DNA from: Spirochaetia bacterium
GTDB taxonomy: Bacteria; Spirochaetota; Spirochaetia; CADAEX01
NCBI GenBank assembly: GCA_963662265.2
Contig: CAXXHA010000003.1
Coordinates: forward strand, 61,942 to 125,941
DNA: 64,000 bases
Direction of reading: 5' to 3'
The number at the start of each line of letters is the position of its first letter. The first letter of the stretch is position 1. Under the pieces are notes generated by a model, which saw only the letters and a program-made list of their open reading frames with translations, was not told the DNA's origin and did no database searches. The translations under genes and the position numbers were made by a program. Shown here piece after piece: positions 31,312 through 41,547 of the stretch.

Positions 31312-32621
31312 ATGAATAAAAACTGGATTATAATAATTGTTTTTCTGATTTTGAACTCAGCATGCAGCCCGGTAAAAAAAGAACCGGCTGAAATCAAGAA
31401 TCCTGTTGAAATCGAATTCTGGTACGGGCTTGAAGGAATGAGCGGCAAGGCTGTTGAAGATATTGCAGCAGCATTTAACTCTTCACAGGATGACTATTAT
31501 GTCAAAGCTGTTCAGCAGGGAAATTATACAGAGACCTCCCGTGCGCTTCACGCAGCAATTATCAGCAATACAGAACCGGCATGCCTTCTTCTAAGCCATG
31601 ATCACAGTACATCGCTGTATTTAAGGGGAGCTCTTATTCCGCTCAACGGTCTGATGAATCAGACCTCCGGAATTCAATAAGGATGATATATTTCCCATAT
31701 TTCTTGAGTCGTTTGAAAAAGACGGGCCTTTACTATGGAATACCTGCAATAGGTTCAACACCTGTACTCTATTACAGAAAAGATCTGTTCCGCGAAGCAG
31801 GACTTTCTGTAATTGATCTGCAGTCCTGGGAAGGAATTATAAAAGCAGCTGAAAAACTTACAAAGAGAGAGAACGGGAAAACTCTTGTATACGGCTGGGA
31901 ACCGCTTCAGTCCAGTAGAACTCTGATTGAGGCAGCTGTGAGTAATGGGGGAAGATTTCTCTCTGATGACGGGAAGACAGTTCTTATTGATTCAGATGAA
32001 TGGGTTGAAGCCTGGGAACTTATCAGAAGTGCTATATTTGATAAAAAAATCATGAAAGTTAATTACGGCGGTCAGGGCTGGGAATATCTTTATGCAACAA
32101 TGGATGATGTAATGGAGGGGCGAGCAGCCGGTTATTTCGGATCAAGCGGGGATCTCAGTTATCTTGACAGTGATATTATCGCTGCTCAGATTATGCCTGG
32201 ATGGGGAGGCTTTGCGGGAAAACCGGAAGCCTCTGCAAGCGCTCTGTGTATACCCAGAAAAATTTCTATTGAAAAGAAGAGGGGCGCTTTTGAGTTTATA
32301 TCATTTTTCATCAATACCAGGAATACTGTTGATTTTTCAATAAAGACAGGCTACATACCGGTCAGAAAGTCGGCAATAAGGACTCCTGAATTTCACAAAT
32401 TCATGAGAGAAAAAACCAGTATTGTTATATCTCTGAACCAGCTTGATATTGCAGTTCCTCCGTTCTATGATCCTACAGGCGGCGAAATAAACAACGCGCT
32501 TGAAGAGGCGGCTGCTCTTCTTGAAATAGAGAATATAAGTGCTGAAGAAGTTCTTAAAGATGCTGCTGTAAAAGCCCAGGCAGCCCTTGACCGTTATCAT
32601 GAAGAGCAGGGCAGGGATTAA
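31312..32621 (+). CDS. UgpB-like ABC transporter substrate-binding lipoprotein (split; no cognate permease adjacent)
   Basis: Lipobox NSAC, IEFWYGL.G, FNSSQ..Y.V, STPVLYYRKDLF and TGYIPVRKSA; frame break near 31680. Confidence 0.8.
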
Positions 32622-32693
32622 TAGCCTTAATTCATTTTATATATCATTGAACTGAAAAACTGTTTGCCTGATATTAAATAATAAATCTAAGAT

Positions 32694-32950
32694 CTATAAA
32701 ATCATTTTATATTTTCAATTGCAAGGTCTATTCCGAGCTGTTCCTCTCTGTAACATGCCTTGAGATAACCTTCCAGAAATTTCTTCTCTATATCAACAGA
32801 ATCTGATTTTTTTCATAATGCAGATTCAGAAGCCTGCATCCTGTTTCTGCTGCTCCTTCAATTGAAAAAAGCAGTGATTTTTCCTGAAGATCATAATTCT
32901 CTTCATCACGCATATCTATTCCGTATCCTATATGTGCAGAATAAGTTATC
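32694..32950 (-). pseudogene. Possible internal fragment of a xylose-isomerase-like TIM-barrel gene
   Basis: Across small frame changes the minus strand reads ITYSAHIGYGID...SIEGAAETGCRLLNLH...GIDLAIEN; no clear start or C-terminal half. Confidence 0.35.
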
Positions 32951-34250
32951 TGGCCTTACAGATAAATCCGCCAGGAAAATTTCTTATTCTTAGAGGAACA
33001 GCGGATCCGGGACCGAAAACAGATTCAATCATTTCCCTGTATTCATCGAAGCCGGATGCCGGAATATATGCCTGAACAGTCCCTGCAAATCCTCCTCCGT
33101 GAATCCTGGCTGCTCCTTCTGCAGTTTTTATTCCGCATTCAATTTCCCGGCTGCTTTTCTTTTCCGCATTGGTATTGATGAAGTTTTCTGTCATCATCAG
33201 CGCGATTGAAGTTGCCTGGTCCTGGCAGGCGGAAACTGAGTATACATTCTGCAGATATTTGTAGGATGAATTTCCTGAGTCTTTCACTGTTTCAAGGTAT
33301 TCAGAAATGCAGTCTGATTTCAGGGACTCTATCATTTTGTCGACTTTCCTGTTTTCATTGAAAAAGTGTGCTGCCCTTAAAACAGCTCTTCCTCCTGCAT
33401 GTTTTCTGAGCCTATCTATGTTTTTATAAAAGTCATTTTCATCAACCTCTCTTAAAAACTGCTTTCCGAAGTAAGCAGAAATGCTTCCCATTTCAGAAGT
33501 TATAGCGCTGTAATCCCCTGTGAGATCTGCATGGTCGCTGTCAGTCTTTACAACAGTTAGAATATAACCATGATCTGCAAAGCTGAAATTAACAGGATCT
33601 ATAATTTCATTTCCTTCCTCTTTAAAATCAATGGAAATAATTCCGCCGAATCCGCATGCAGTCTGGTCCATTAAACCTGAGGGTTTGTTGAAATATTCAT
33701 TTTCCGCATACTTGCTCATCCGTGCGCAGTCAGGAATTGATACAGAATTATTGTTGTAGAAATAATTGAAAATATAGGCAATAAGCATTTCTATGGATGC
33801 AGAAGAACTTAAACCAGATCCGGGAGGAACATCGGAAGAGACAACAGCATTGAATCCCCCTGTTTCAAGCCCCCTGTTTCTGAAAGCTGCTGCAAGCCCT
33901 CTTACCAGCGCTTCTGTTTTTCCCTCTTCCTCCCTGTTTTTTTCGATGCTGCTGATATCAATTGAAAGGGGAGGATAGCCTTCTGAGAAAATTGAAACAA
34001 CGCTGTTTCCGCTTCTTGATGCTGCTGCAATTGTATCAAGGTTTACTGCTGCCGCAAGAACTTTTCCATGGTTGTGATCTGTGTGATTGCCGCCCAGTTC
34101 TGTTCTTCCGGGAGATGAAAAGAGGCATATCTCTTTTTCGGTAAAATGGTTTCTGAAATTTTCAAGCAGTTTAGAATACCTTTTTTCCTGGTATTCCGCA
34201 TCTTCTCTGCTGTAGAGTTTCATTATTTCACTCATTGCTCTTTTATCCAT
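32946..34250 (-). CDS. galK: Galactokinase
   Basis: SPGRTELGGNHTDHN, GHMP motif PPGSGLSSSA, GLMDQ and RIHGGGFAG. Confidence 0.93.
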   Translation of the reverse strand: MDKRAMSEIMKLYSREDAEYQEKRYSKLLENFRNHFTEKEICLFSSPGRTELGGNHTDHNHGKVLAAAVNLDTIAAASRSGNSVVSIFSEGYPPLSIDISSIEKNREEEGKTEALVRGLAAAFRNRGLETGGFNAVVSSDVPPGSGLSSSASIEMLIAYIFNYFYNNNSVSIPDCARMSKYAENEYFNKPSGLMDQTACGFGGIISIDFKEEGNEIIDPVNFSFADHGYILTVVKTDSDHADLTGDYSAITSEMGSISAYFGKQFLREVDENDFYKNIDRLRKHAGGRAVLRAAHFFNENRKVDKMIESLKSDCISEYLETVKDSGNSSYKYLQNVYSVSACQDQATSIALMMTENFINTNAEKKSSREIECGIKTAEGAARIHGGGFAGTVQAYIPASGFDEYREMIESVFGPGSAVPLRIRNFPGGFICKAR

Positions 34251-34361
34251 TCATGTCTCCCGTATTATAATTATTTATTTCTGCTCATTACTGTCCGGAA
34301 GCTGTTTTGTCCTGTTCCATTGAGAATATTCATTACCGGTTCAGTTTCAAATATTCTTGAA

Positions 34362-35402
34362 TTATTCTGATTCTGTATAATGAAGTTCCGGAAGATTCCT
34401 GAGAACTTCTGCGCTCTTTTCGGGAGTTATATCTCTCTGAGGCATTGCCATGAGCTCATATCCCACCATGAATTTCTTCACAGAAGCAGATCTCAAGAGC
34501 GGCGGTGCAAAATGCACATGCATTTGTGTAAAGCTGTAATCTTTTCCGTCAACAGGGCTCTGGTGAATGCCCATTGAATACGGAAATGATGTTTTAAAAA
34601 GGTTGTCGTATTTTACTGTTACCTTTTTAAAGATTTCTGCAAAAGCAGTAATTTCATTTTCTGTAAGATGAGTAAGGGATGAAACAGGTCGCAGCGGGAT
34701 TATCATTGTCTCAAAAGGCCATACAGCCCAGTAGGGGACAACTGCAATAAATGAACTGTTCTGATATACAATTCTTTCTTTTTTTTCTTTTTCATACTCC
34801 GCATAGTCACATAACAGTATGCTCTTGTGCCTGTTGTAATAATTCTCCTGATTATTAATTTCTGCAGCCGGAATATTCGGTATAAATTCCTCTGCCCAGA
34901 TCTGCCCGTGCGGATGGGGGTTCGAGCATCCCATTACAGCCCCCTTATTTTCAAAAATCTGTATATAATTTATAAAATCATACCCTGAAAGTTCAAGGTA
35001 TTGTTCTTTCCATAAGTTAATTATTTCTGCAATTTCATCAGTAGTCATCCGGGCCATTGCCACATTGTGTTTTTCAGTGTAGCAGATAACCCTGCAAAGG
35101 CCTTTTTCAGTTTTACCTATTATAAAATCATTTTCTTTTTCATCTATTGATTCTGTATCCGGAAGGAGAGCTGCAAAATCATTGTTGAAAACATATACAC
35201 CCCTGTAATCAGGATTTTTTACTCCGCCTGCTCTTTCATTACCCGGGCAGAGATAGCATTTTTCATCATATTCAGGAAGCATTTCTTCTGATGTCTCTTC
35301 GGTCTGTCCGTTCCACGGACGTTTTGTCCTGTGAGGAGATACTTTCACCCACTCTCCGGTGAGAGGATTATATCGTCTGTGGGGGAAATCATTATAATTC
35401 AC
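34362..35402 (-). CDS. galT: Galactose-1-phosphate uridylyltransferase
   Basis: HRRYNPLTGEW..VSPHR..RPW.G, CYLCPGN and MGCSNPHPHGQ; probable GTG start 35402 after CAGGAG. Confidence 0.96.
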   Translation of the reverse strand: MNYNDFPHRRYNPLTGEWVKVSPHRTKRPWNGQTEETSEEMLPEYDEKCYLCPGNERAGGVKNPDYRGVYVFNNDFAALLPDTESIDEKENDFIIGKTEKGLCRVICYTEKHNVAMARMTTDEIAEIINLWKEQYLELSGYDFINYIQIFENKGAVMGCSNPHPHGQIWAEEFIPNIPAAEINNQENYYNRHKSILLCDYAEYEKEKKERIVYQNSSFIAVVPYWAVWPFETMIIPLRPVSSLTHLTENEITAFAEIFKKVTVKYDNLFKTSFPYSMGIHQSPVDGKDYSFTQMHVHFAPPLLRSASVKKFMVGYELMAMPQRDITPEKSAEVLRNLPELHYTESE

Positions 35403-35435
35403 AAGGCTTCTCCTGATTTTTCTCTTGATATTTAG

Positions 35436-35464
35436 AATGTACACGAGTACAATGTAGCAGTCAA
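35436..35464 (-). promoter_or_regulatory. galT promoter overlapped by a LacI-type operator
   Basis: Minus strand TTGACT-N17-TACATT; near-perfect palindrome TGTACACGAGTACA (35438-35451) with central CG; a LacI gene is divergent. Confidence 0.7.
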
Positions 35465-35526
35465 GAGATTGGAATACCGAAATCGGTGATTTTGATGCAA
35501 ATTACTGAAATTCCGGTATACAGCTT

Positions 35527-35576
35527 CTCCTGATTATCAGTGTTTGTAAAAATCAACAACCACTGATAATCAGGAG
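35527..35576. repeat. Perfect 16-bp inverted repeat
   Basis: CTCCTGATTATCAGTG (35527-35542) / CACTGATAATCAGGAG (35561-35576). Confidence 0.8.
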
Positions 35577-35740
35577 GGTATTGTCAAAGAAACAGAAAGG
35601 AGCAGCCGCGTTAACCGCGGACATTCCTGAGGGAGTGCAGACAATAAGGCAAAGCCTTATTAGACCCGACATGAGAATACAAAATACGGTTGATCTTTTT
35701 ATAATTTTAATACATATGCAGAAAAAAGAGGGGAATAATC

Positions 35741-36850
35741 ATGAAGAAACCTACCAGAAATGATGTTGCAGAACTTGCCCGAGTCAGCAGCGCTACTGTA
35801 TCGCGGGTTTTCAATAATCCTGAATCTGTTTCAGCTGACAGGAGAGAAGCTGTGTTTGAAGCTTCTGAAGCTCTTGGTTATTCTCCTGATAAATCTGCAA
35901 GCGCGCTGCGGAGAAACGGTACAGGAATTATTACTCTTGTTGATATTGGAAAAAAGAGTGAAAGATACAGCTGGGAGCGGCTGCCTGTATTTAAATGGTT
36001 TTATTCAGATGTTATTGAAGGGATTCAGAAAGTAGTCAATAAAACCATGTTTCAGCTTAATCTTGAATCTCTGGACAGCGAAGAGGAAATCTACAAGCTT
36101 GGAAACAGGTGTGACGGAATAATTGTTTTCGATGTTGAAAATCATGCAGAAGCAGAGGCCGTTAAAAAGACAGGAATCCCGTATATCCTTGCACATCACA
36201 CTGTCACTTTTAAGGGATATAATACCTGTTCAACTGATAATTTTTACGGCGGAGTTCTTCAGGGGGAAATGCTTAAAAAATCAGGTGCATTAAAACCGGT
36301 TTATATTTCTGGCTTTACTGATCATGTTATTTCCCACGCGGAGCGGCTTAAGGGATTCAGAACTGTGTATCCTGATGCTGCCCTTGTTGATCCTTCAGCA
36401 GAAACAGCCGGCGCTTTATATAATGGAAACAGTTTTGAATATTCCGGAGATTTTAAAGGTCAGGATGTGGAATATGATGCAGGAAGTAAAACTGAAGGTA
36501 TCGGGATTTCTGCAGGCCGGAAAGCAGTTCCATCTATTGTAGAGAAGGTGAAACAGGGCGAAATTGATTCAATTGCAGTTGTAAATGACTATACAGCAGC
36601 TGGTGTATATTACGAGCTCACAGATTATGGAATCAGTGTCCCTGAAGATGTCCAGATTGTATCTTACGATAATATGCCTTTCAACAGCATACTTCCCCTC
36701 CCTTTCGCAACTGTTGACCTGCATCCTTCAGAAATATATGAGAAAGCCGCATCCCTTCTGATAAATAAAGTGATGAAGGGAAAACCAGTTTCTGAGACTG
36801 TAAAGCCTTTTCCAGTAGAAGGGGCAACAATAAAAACTTTATTAAACTAA
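35741..36850 (+). CDS. LacI-family transcriptional regulator
   Basis: HTH TRNDVAELARVSSATVSRVFN, LGYSP...ASALR, and VPEDVQIVSYDN. Confidence 0.93.
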   Translation: MKKPTRNDVAELARVSSATVSRVFNNPESVSADRREAVFEASEALGYSPDKSASALRRNGTGIITLVDIGKKSERYSWERLPVFKWFYSDVIEGIQKVVNKTMFQLNLESLDSEEEIYKLGNRCDGIIVFDVENHAEAEAVKKTGIPYILAHHTVTFKGYNTCSTDNFYGGVLQGEMLKKSGALKPVYISGFTDHVISHAERLKGFRTVYPDAALVDPSAETAGALYNGNSFEYSGDFKGQDVEYDAGSKTEGIGISAGRKAVPSIVEKVKQGEIDSIAVVNDYTAAGVYYELTDYGISVPEDVQIVSYDNMPFNSILPLPFATVDLHPSEIYEKAASLLINKVMKGKPVSETVKPFPVEGATIKTLLN

Positions 36851-36885
36851 TGATTTATAAATTATCCGATATTATGATTCAGATT

Positions 36886-37641
36886 CTAAAAAGCTGTTTT
36901 TGATAGTTTTAATTCTTTATTATCAAGAAGTATGGCTTTTTCAGGACACTTGGCCAGGCAGCGCATACATGAATTGCATTTAGCATGATCAATTACGATT
37001 TTTTTCTCAATCAGATCAATCGCTTTAACGGGACAGTTTTTTTCACAGATCCTGCAAAGAATACATTTATCCGAGACAGAGATTTTCCGGCTCATTGATT
37101 CCCATGTTTTCGCAGATGCGGAGATAGATCTCATCCAGTCAGAAAGAACAGGTATTCTTTTCCATTTTGTTTTCCCATTCATAAGTTCATCTGCAAATAT
37201 TTCCACATTTTTCAGTGCCTCTGAGTTTTTAATATACCCTTTTTTTTCCTTGTCCTGAGATGTGTTCATGCTGGATGACATTTTAAATTCTCTTGCCCCG
37301 ATACAGTTGTAGCCTTTTCCCTTTAATACTTTCTTTAACGGTCCGACTATTCCTCCTGAAAAATATTCCATTGTATCGAACATAAATACATCTCTTCCTT
37401 TTCCTTCCGGAAGGTTCATAATGAAATCCCATACAAGGGGATAGGTTGACTGAATTGCAACGGGAAACATTAACCCGAGTGCCCAGTCTGATTCTGTCTC
37501 CGGAAGATTGTTTTCCTCGATTTTTCTCACATGTGAATCAATCCCCTGTTCAAGCAGTTTTCCTGAAAAATGTTTTACAAGAGCCTCTGTATTCCCTGTT
37601 CCTGAAAAATAGAAATTATATACAGTCTTTGATTTCAGCAT
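36886..37641 (-). CDS. EFR1-type flavodoxin/2[4Fe-4S] ferredoxin fusion
   Basis: YFSGTGNT flavodoxin motif; CILCRICEKNCP and CNSCMRCLAKCP. Confidence 0.88.
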   Translation of the reverse strand: MLKSKTVYNFYFSGTGNTEALVKHFSGKLLEQGIDSHVRKIEENNLPETESDWALGLMFPVAIQSTYPLVWDFIMNLPEGKGRDVFMFDTMEYFSGGIVGPLKKVLKGKGYNCIGAREFKMSSSMNTSQDKEKKGYIKNSEALKNVEIFADELMNGKTKWKRIPVLSDWMRSISASAKTWESMSRKISVSDKCILCRICEKNCPVKAIDLIEKKIVIDHAKCNSCMRCLAKCPEKAILLDNKELKLSKTAF

Positions 37642-37765
37642 TTATATCCTCTGACAATAACTATAATCGTTTTTTGATTTAATTCATATAATTTTCTGAA
37701 GTATTACTTGCAGTAATATCTGATGTTTTTCCCAAACTGTTCCTTTTTTAAATTATAATTTCTGT

Positions 37766-38401
37766 ATGGATTATAAAAAGCTCAGAGAGCTTATGGTTGA
37801 CAATCAGATCTGTTCGAGGGGAGTTATTTCTGAAAGTGTTTTAAATGCAATGAGAAAAGTCCCCAGAGAGCATTTTGTTTCAATAGATAAAGTCTCTTAC
37901 GCATATGAAGATCATCCCCTTGAAATAGGCCACGGGCAGACAATTTCACAGCCCTATATTGTTGCTCTTATGACTGAACTTGCGGCTGTCAGGAAGACAG
38001 ACCGTGTACTTGAAATAGGAACCGGTTCAGGATATCAGACAGCTGTGCTTTGTGAGCTTGCAGGCGAAGTATATTCTGTTGAAAGGATAAAAAAGCTTTA
38101 TCAGAGAGCTTCAGGCATTATAAAAAAAGAGGGATATGAAAATGCCTTCCTGATTCATGGGGACGGCTACCAGGGATATCCAGACCAGGCGCCTTATGAT
38201 TCCATAGTTGTGACAGCCGCTCCCGAAGAAGTCCCCCCGCAGCTGTTTAAACAGCTTGCTGACGGAGGCCGGCTTGTCATTCCTGTCGGCAGTTATGTCC
38301 AGTATCTTGTTGTCTATGAAAGGGAGGGGCAACGGTATCATTCACAGGTTGTTACCGGAGTACGTTTTGTGCCGCTTCTGCATAAGACAGTAGACAGTTA
38401 G
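37766..38401 (+). CDS. pcm: Protein-L-isoaspartate O-methyltransferase
   Basis: VPREHFV, GQTISQPY, VLEIGTGSGYQ, APYDSIVVTAA and VRFVPL. Confidence 0.95.
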   Translation: MDYKKLRELMVDNQICSRGVISESVLNAMRKVPREHFVSIDKVSYAYEDHPLEIGHGQTISQPYIVALMTELAAVRKTDRVLEIGTGSGYQTAVLCELAGEVYSVERIKKLYQRASGIIKKEGYENAFLIHGDGYQGYPDQAPYDSIVVTAAPEEVPPQLFKQLADGGRLVIPVGSYVQYLVVYEREGQRYHSQVVTGVRFVPLLHKTVDS

Positions 38402-38587
38402 CTTTTATGATTCTAAACGTGTCAGTATATCTTTTGCCTGCGGCATTATAAGACTTCTCCTGATTAAAACATAAGATCGTTAACTGTTTTCAATTTCTTA
38501 ATTGATTTTAATTTTCCGGCCTGGAGATAAAATAATGAAATTATAATTCAGCAAAGACAATTCTTTTTAAATATGATTTTGCGGAAC

Positions 38588-38623
38588 AAAGCATATTCCT
38601 TGAAAGGGATATGCTTTTTCTTT
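38588..38623 (+). terminator. Terminator-like hairpin between pcm and the CHASE cyclase
   Basis: AAAGCATATTCC-TTGAAA-GGGATATGCTTT followed by TTCTTT. Confidence 0.7.
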
Positions 38624-38747
38624 ATAATGTGGTTTATTCATTTTTCATGGTATAGTAAATTATATATTTGATTGGACAGAATGTTCCAAAACCAACACTA
38701 TATTTAAAAACCAAAAAGTTGAATGTAATAAAGAACAGGAGCTGTAA

Positions 38748-40166
38748 GTGAAAATTTCAGACATCTTCATGAATCAGGAAAATTTCAAGGAAAAACTGCT
38801 TAATAAAATTCATTATATTGTAGTTTTTCTGATTTTTATTTTCATTGCATTTCTGACAGAAAGCTTCCTGTTTTTCTATAAACATAACCAGAATAATCTT
38901 CTCAGGGAAAAAGTAACTATTGAAGCCAACAAGGTACAGACAGCACTTCACAACGAAATAAATTCTTCTCTCAACCTTGTGATAGGTCTTGTCGGGTATA
39001 TCAATACTGTCGATGAGCTTACTCCTGAAAAATTCAATAGAATTGCTGAAGTCATTCTTAGTGAATCTGAAATCATAAGAAATATAGGTCTTGCTCCCGG
39101 TAATGTGATTTCATTTATGTATCCTCTTGAAGGAAACAGAAAAGCTCTCGGAATGGATTATATGAAAAATACTCAGCAGAGAGGTGCTGTCCTCAAGGCT
39201 GTGGAAACCGGCAGAACAGTTATTGCAGGACCTGTTAATCTGGTTCAGGGGGGCAGAGGTTTCATTGCAAGGATCCCGATCTACAGAGGAAAAAACAGGG
39301 AGGATTACTGGGGGATTGCAAGCATTGTTGTTGATGAAAAAAAGCTGTATGACAGGGTTGATATCCTTCAAAATAATGTGTGGATTAAATATGCACTGAG
39401 AGGCAGGGATGCCGGCGGAATTGACGGGGAGATTTTTTTCGGGGATAAAGATGTCTTTGACAGTGATCCTGTAACATATAAGGTTGTACTTCCTGAAGGA
39501 TCATGGGTTCTTGCTGCATCCCCGGAAAACGGCTGGAACAATGTCCGGCTGAAAAATGTTTTAACAATAAGGTTTTCAGGATATCTCATTGCAGTTATTT
39601 TATCTTTTCTTCTGCTGAATCTTATCCGTTCAAATATCAAGCTGAATTTTTATGCGCATGTAGATCCCCTTACCGGCATTGCCAACAGAAGATGTTTCCA
39701 TTTTGTATCTGAAAAAATACTTCTCCGTGAAAAAAGGGAGAACGGCAGCCTCTATTTTATATTTTTTGATCTTGACGGGTTTAAAACTGTAAATGACAGA
39801 TACGGGCACAAGGCAGGTGATGCAGTTCTGAAGGAAGCTGTGAAAAGAATAATAAAAAATACAAGGGAATCAGATATCTTTGCCAGGATGGGCGGGGATG
39901 AATTCCTGTTTGTTCCCCTTTCCGTGAAGAGGAAAGAGGATGCTGTCTGCCTTGCCGATAAAATTGTAAATGAATTATCTATGCCGTTTGTTTTTGAAAA
40001 GAACAGCATTCAGATAGGATGCAGTGTCGGAATCAGTCTCTATCCGGAAGATGGTGAAATGATTGATGATCTGATGAAAAAAGCTGACCAGGCAATGTAT
40101 TCTTCAAAAAGCAAGAAAGGGAACTGTATAACATTCTACAGCGATATAGAAACTGTTATATATTAG
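38748..40166 (+). CDS. CHASE-domain diguanylate cyclase
   Basis: YPLEGN..ALG.DY...Q, AGPVNLVQGG..FIARIP, DPLTGIANR and RMGGDEF. Confidence 0.92.
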   Translation: MKISDIFMNQENFKEKLLNKIHYIVVFLIFIFIAFLTESFLFFYKHNQNNLLREKVTIEANKVQTALHNEINSSLNLVIGLVGYINTVDELTPEKFNRIAEVILSESEIIRNIGLAPGNVISFMYPLEGNRKALGMDYMKNTQQRGAVLKAVETGRTVIAGPVNLVQGGRGFIARIPIYRGKNREDYWGIASIVVDEKKLYDRVDILQNNVWIKYALRGRDAGGIDGEIFFGDKDVFDSDPVTYKVVLPEGSWVLAASPENGWNNVRLKNVLTIRFSGYLIAVILSFLLLNLIRSNIKLNFYAHVDPLTGIANRRCFHFVSEKILLREKRENGSLYFIFFDLDGFKTVNDRYGHKAGDAVLKEAVKRIIKNTRESDIFARMGGDEFLFVPLSVKRKEDAVCLADKIVNELSMPFVFEKNSIQIGCSVGISLYPEDGEMIDDLMKKADQAMYSSKSKKGNCITFYSDIETVIY

Positions 40167-40212
40167 CCTCTCTTGACTCGATCTGTTTAATAGTTTTATT
40201 CTCATACCTGTT

Positions 40213-41058
40213 TTGAAAGATAACAAGAAAAAAGCTTTTATTTATATTTTACTCTCTTCCCTGTCATTCAGCTTCATGAGCCTTTTTGTAAAGCTTGGAA
40301 CTGATATTTCATATATACACAAGGTATTCTTCAGGCATCTTGTCACTTTTATTCTGATTTCAGCAGTTCTTTTAAAAATACAGGAACCTTTAAGGCCATC
40401 TTCAGGGAATAATCTGAAGCTCCTTATTATAAGGTCTCTTGCAGGGCTCTCAGGTGTGTTTCTTTATTTCTATTCAATTGCAAATTTATCTCTTGCTGAT
40501 TCTTCGATTCTGAATAGGCTTTCCCCTTTTTTTGTCATTATCGCAGCATCTGTAATTCTCAGAGAAAAAATAAAACTTTCAAATATTCCTCTTCTAATTG
40601 CTGCTTTTTCCGGAGCTGTTTTAATCATAAAACCGCAGTTTAATTACTCGGTTCTCCCTGCTCTTGCAGGTACTGTTGGGGCGGTTTTTGCGGGTATTGC
40701 TTATTCCATTGTCCGGCTTTTAAAGGGGCGGGAGACTCCATACAAGGTGATATTCTATTTTTCAGGAATTTCTGTCCTTCTTATTGCTTTTCCCGCCCTG
40801 ATGCAGTACAGGAGCTACAGCCTTCATAACTGGGTAATTCTTCTCATGATAGGTATTTTTGCCACAGGGGGACAGTATTTTCTGACAGTAGGATATCAGA
40901 GCTACAGGGCAGGTGAAATATCACTTGTCACATATTCCCAGATACTGTTTTCACTGATACTGGGGCTTTTCTTTTTCAGCGAACTGCCTGATATATATTC
41001 TGTTGCTGGCGGTATCCTGATAATAGTGAGTGCTTCTGTTCTTTATCTTAAAAAATGA
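40213..41058 (+). CDS. DMT/EamA family transporter
   Basis: About ten hydrophobic segments with the duplicated EamA pattern (VFFR, LNRLSPFF...ILREK, GQYFLT.GY). Confidence 0.88.
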   Translation: MKDNKKKAFIYILLSSLSFSFMSLFVKLGTDISYIHKVFFRHLVTFILISAVLLKIQEPLRPSSGNNLKLLIIRSLAGLSGVFLYFYSIANLSLADSSILNRLSPFFVIIAASVILREKIKLSNIPLLIAAFSGAVLIIKPQFNYSVLPALAGTVGAVFAGIAYSIVRLLKGRETPYKVIFYFSGISVLLIAFPALMQYRSYSLHNWVILLMIGIFATGGQYFLTVGYQSYRAGEISLVTYSQILFSLILGLFFFSELPDIYSVAGGILIIVSASVLYLKK

Positions 41059-41093
41059 AATGAGGCGCTTAAACAGTCTGCACCAGGCAGCCG

Positions 41094-41486
41094 CGTACCG
41101 TTACAAAAGTCGTCTGTGGAGATAATCAAAGGAATTTTCCCTGTTTTCTCCCTTGAGGGAGATTCATATAGAATACAAGAAAAAAAGGAGGTATAATTTT
41201 TTCTGCAGGTGGGGGATTTTTATTTTCCGAAAAGTGATTGAAAATGACTTGCCATTTTCAATCACTTTATTCTGTTTTCCAGGAAACAGATAAAAAGATT
41301 GTGGATGAATACGTTAACTACTATAATAAATACAGTCGTCATCAGGGAATTGATGATATTCCAGAGAAGTATGTAAATACTAACACTGGTAGAGAGGTGT
41401 TTGACGATGTTTTATTCGGTTTGCATCACCATTATTATAGAAGTTCTGCATAGAAAGAGGTACGGATGTAATTTTGCAACGGTACG
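41094..41486 (+). mobile_element. Internally deleted IS (393 bp) retaining the C-terminus of an integrase-core (DDE) transposase
   Basis: Left end CGTACCGTTACAAAA (41094) and right end TTTTGCAACGGTACG (ends 41486) are inverted repeats (14/15). Internal reading EYVNYYNKYSRHQGI...VLFGLHHHYYR* resembles the YYNxxRxHQG...GLHHxY tail of integrase-core proteins. Confidence 0.75.
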
Positions 41487-41547
41487 ATTTTCAATTGACA
41501 AATTATACTTAATGATCAAGAATTATTCTAATAATAAGAGGTTTGTC

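Noticed and set aside
38540-38625. c-di-GMP-I riboswitch upstream of the CHASE cyclase
   Set aside because: Only a single GAAA-containing hairpin with a U-tract; the GGCAAA...GACGCAAAGC two-stem consensus is missing. A terminator is the simpler reading.
41401-41547. Longer TTG-start N-terminus of the WD40-caspase
   Set aside because: It overlaps the IS remnant and its end, while ATG 41548 has an RBS and yields a clean signal peptide.
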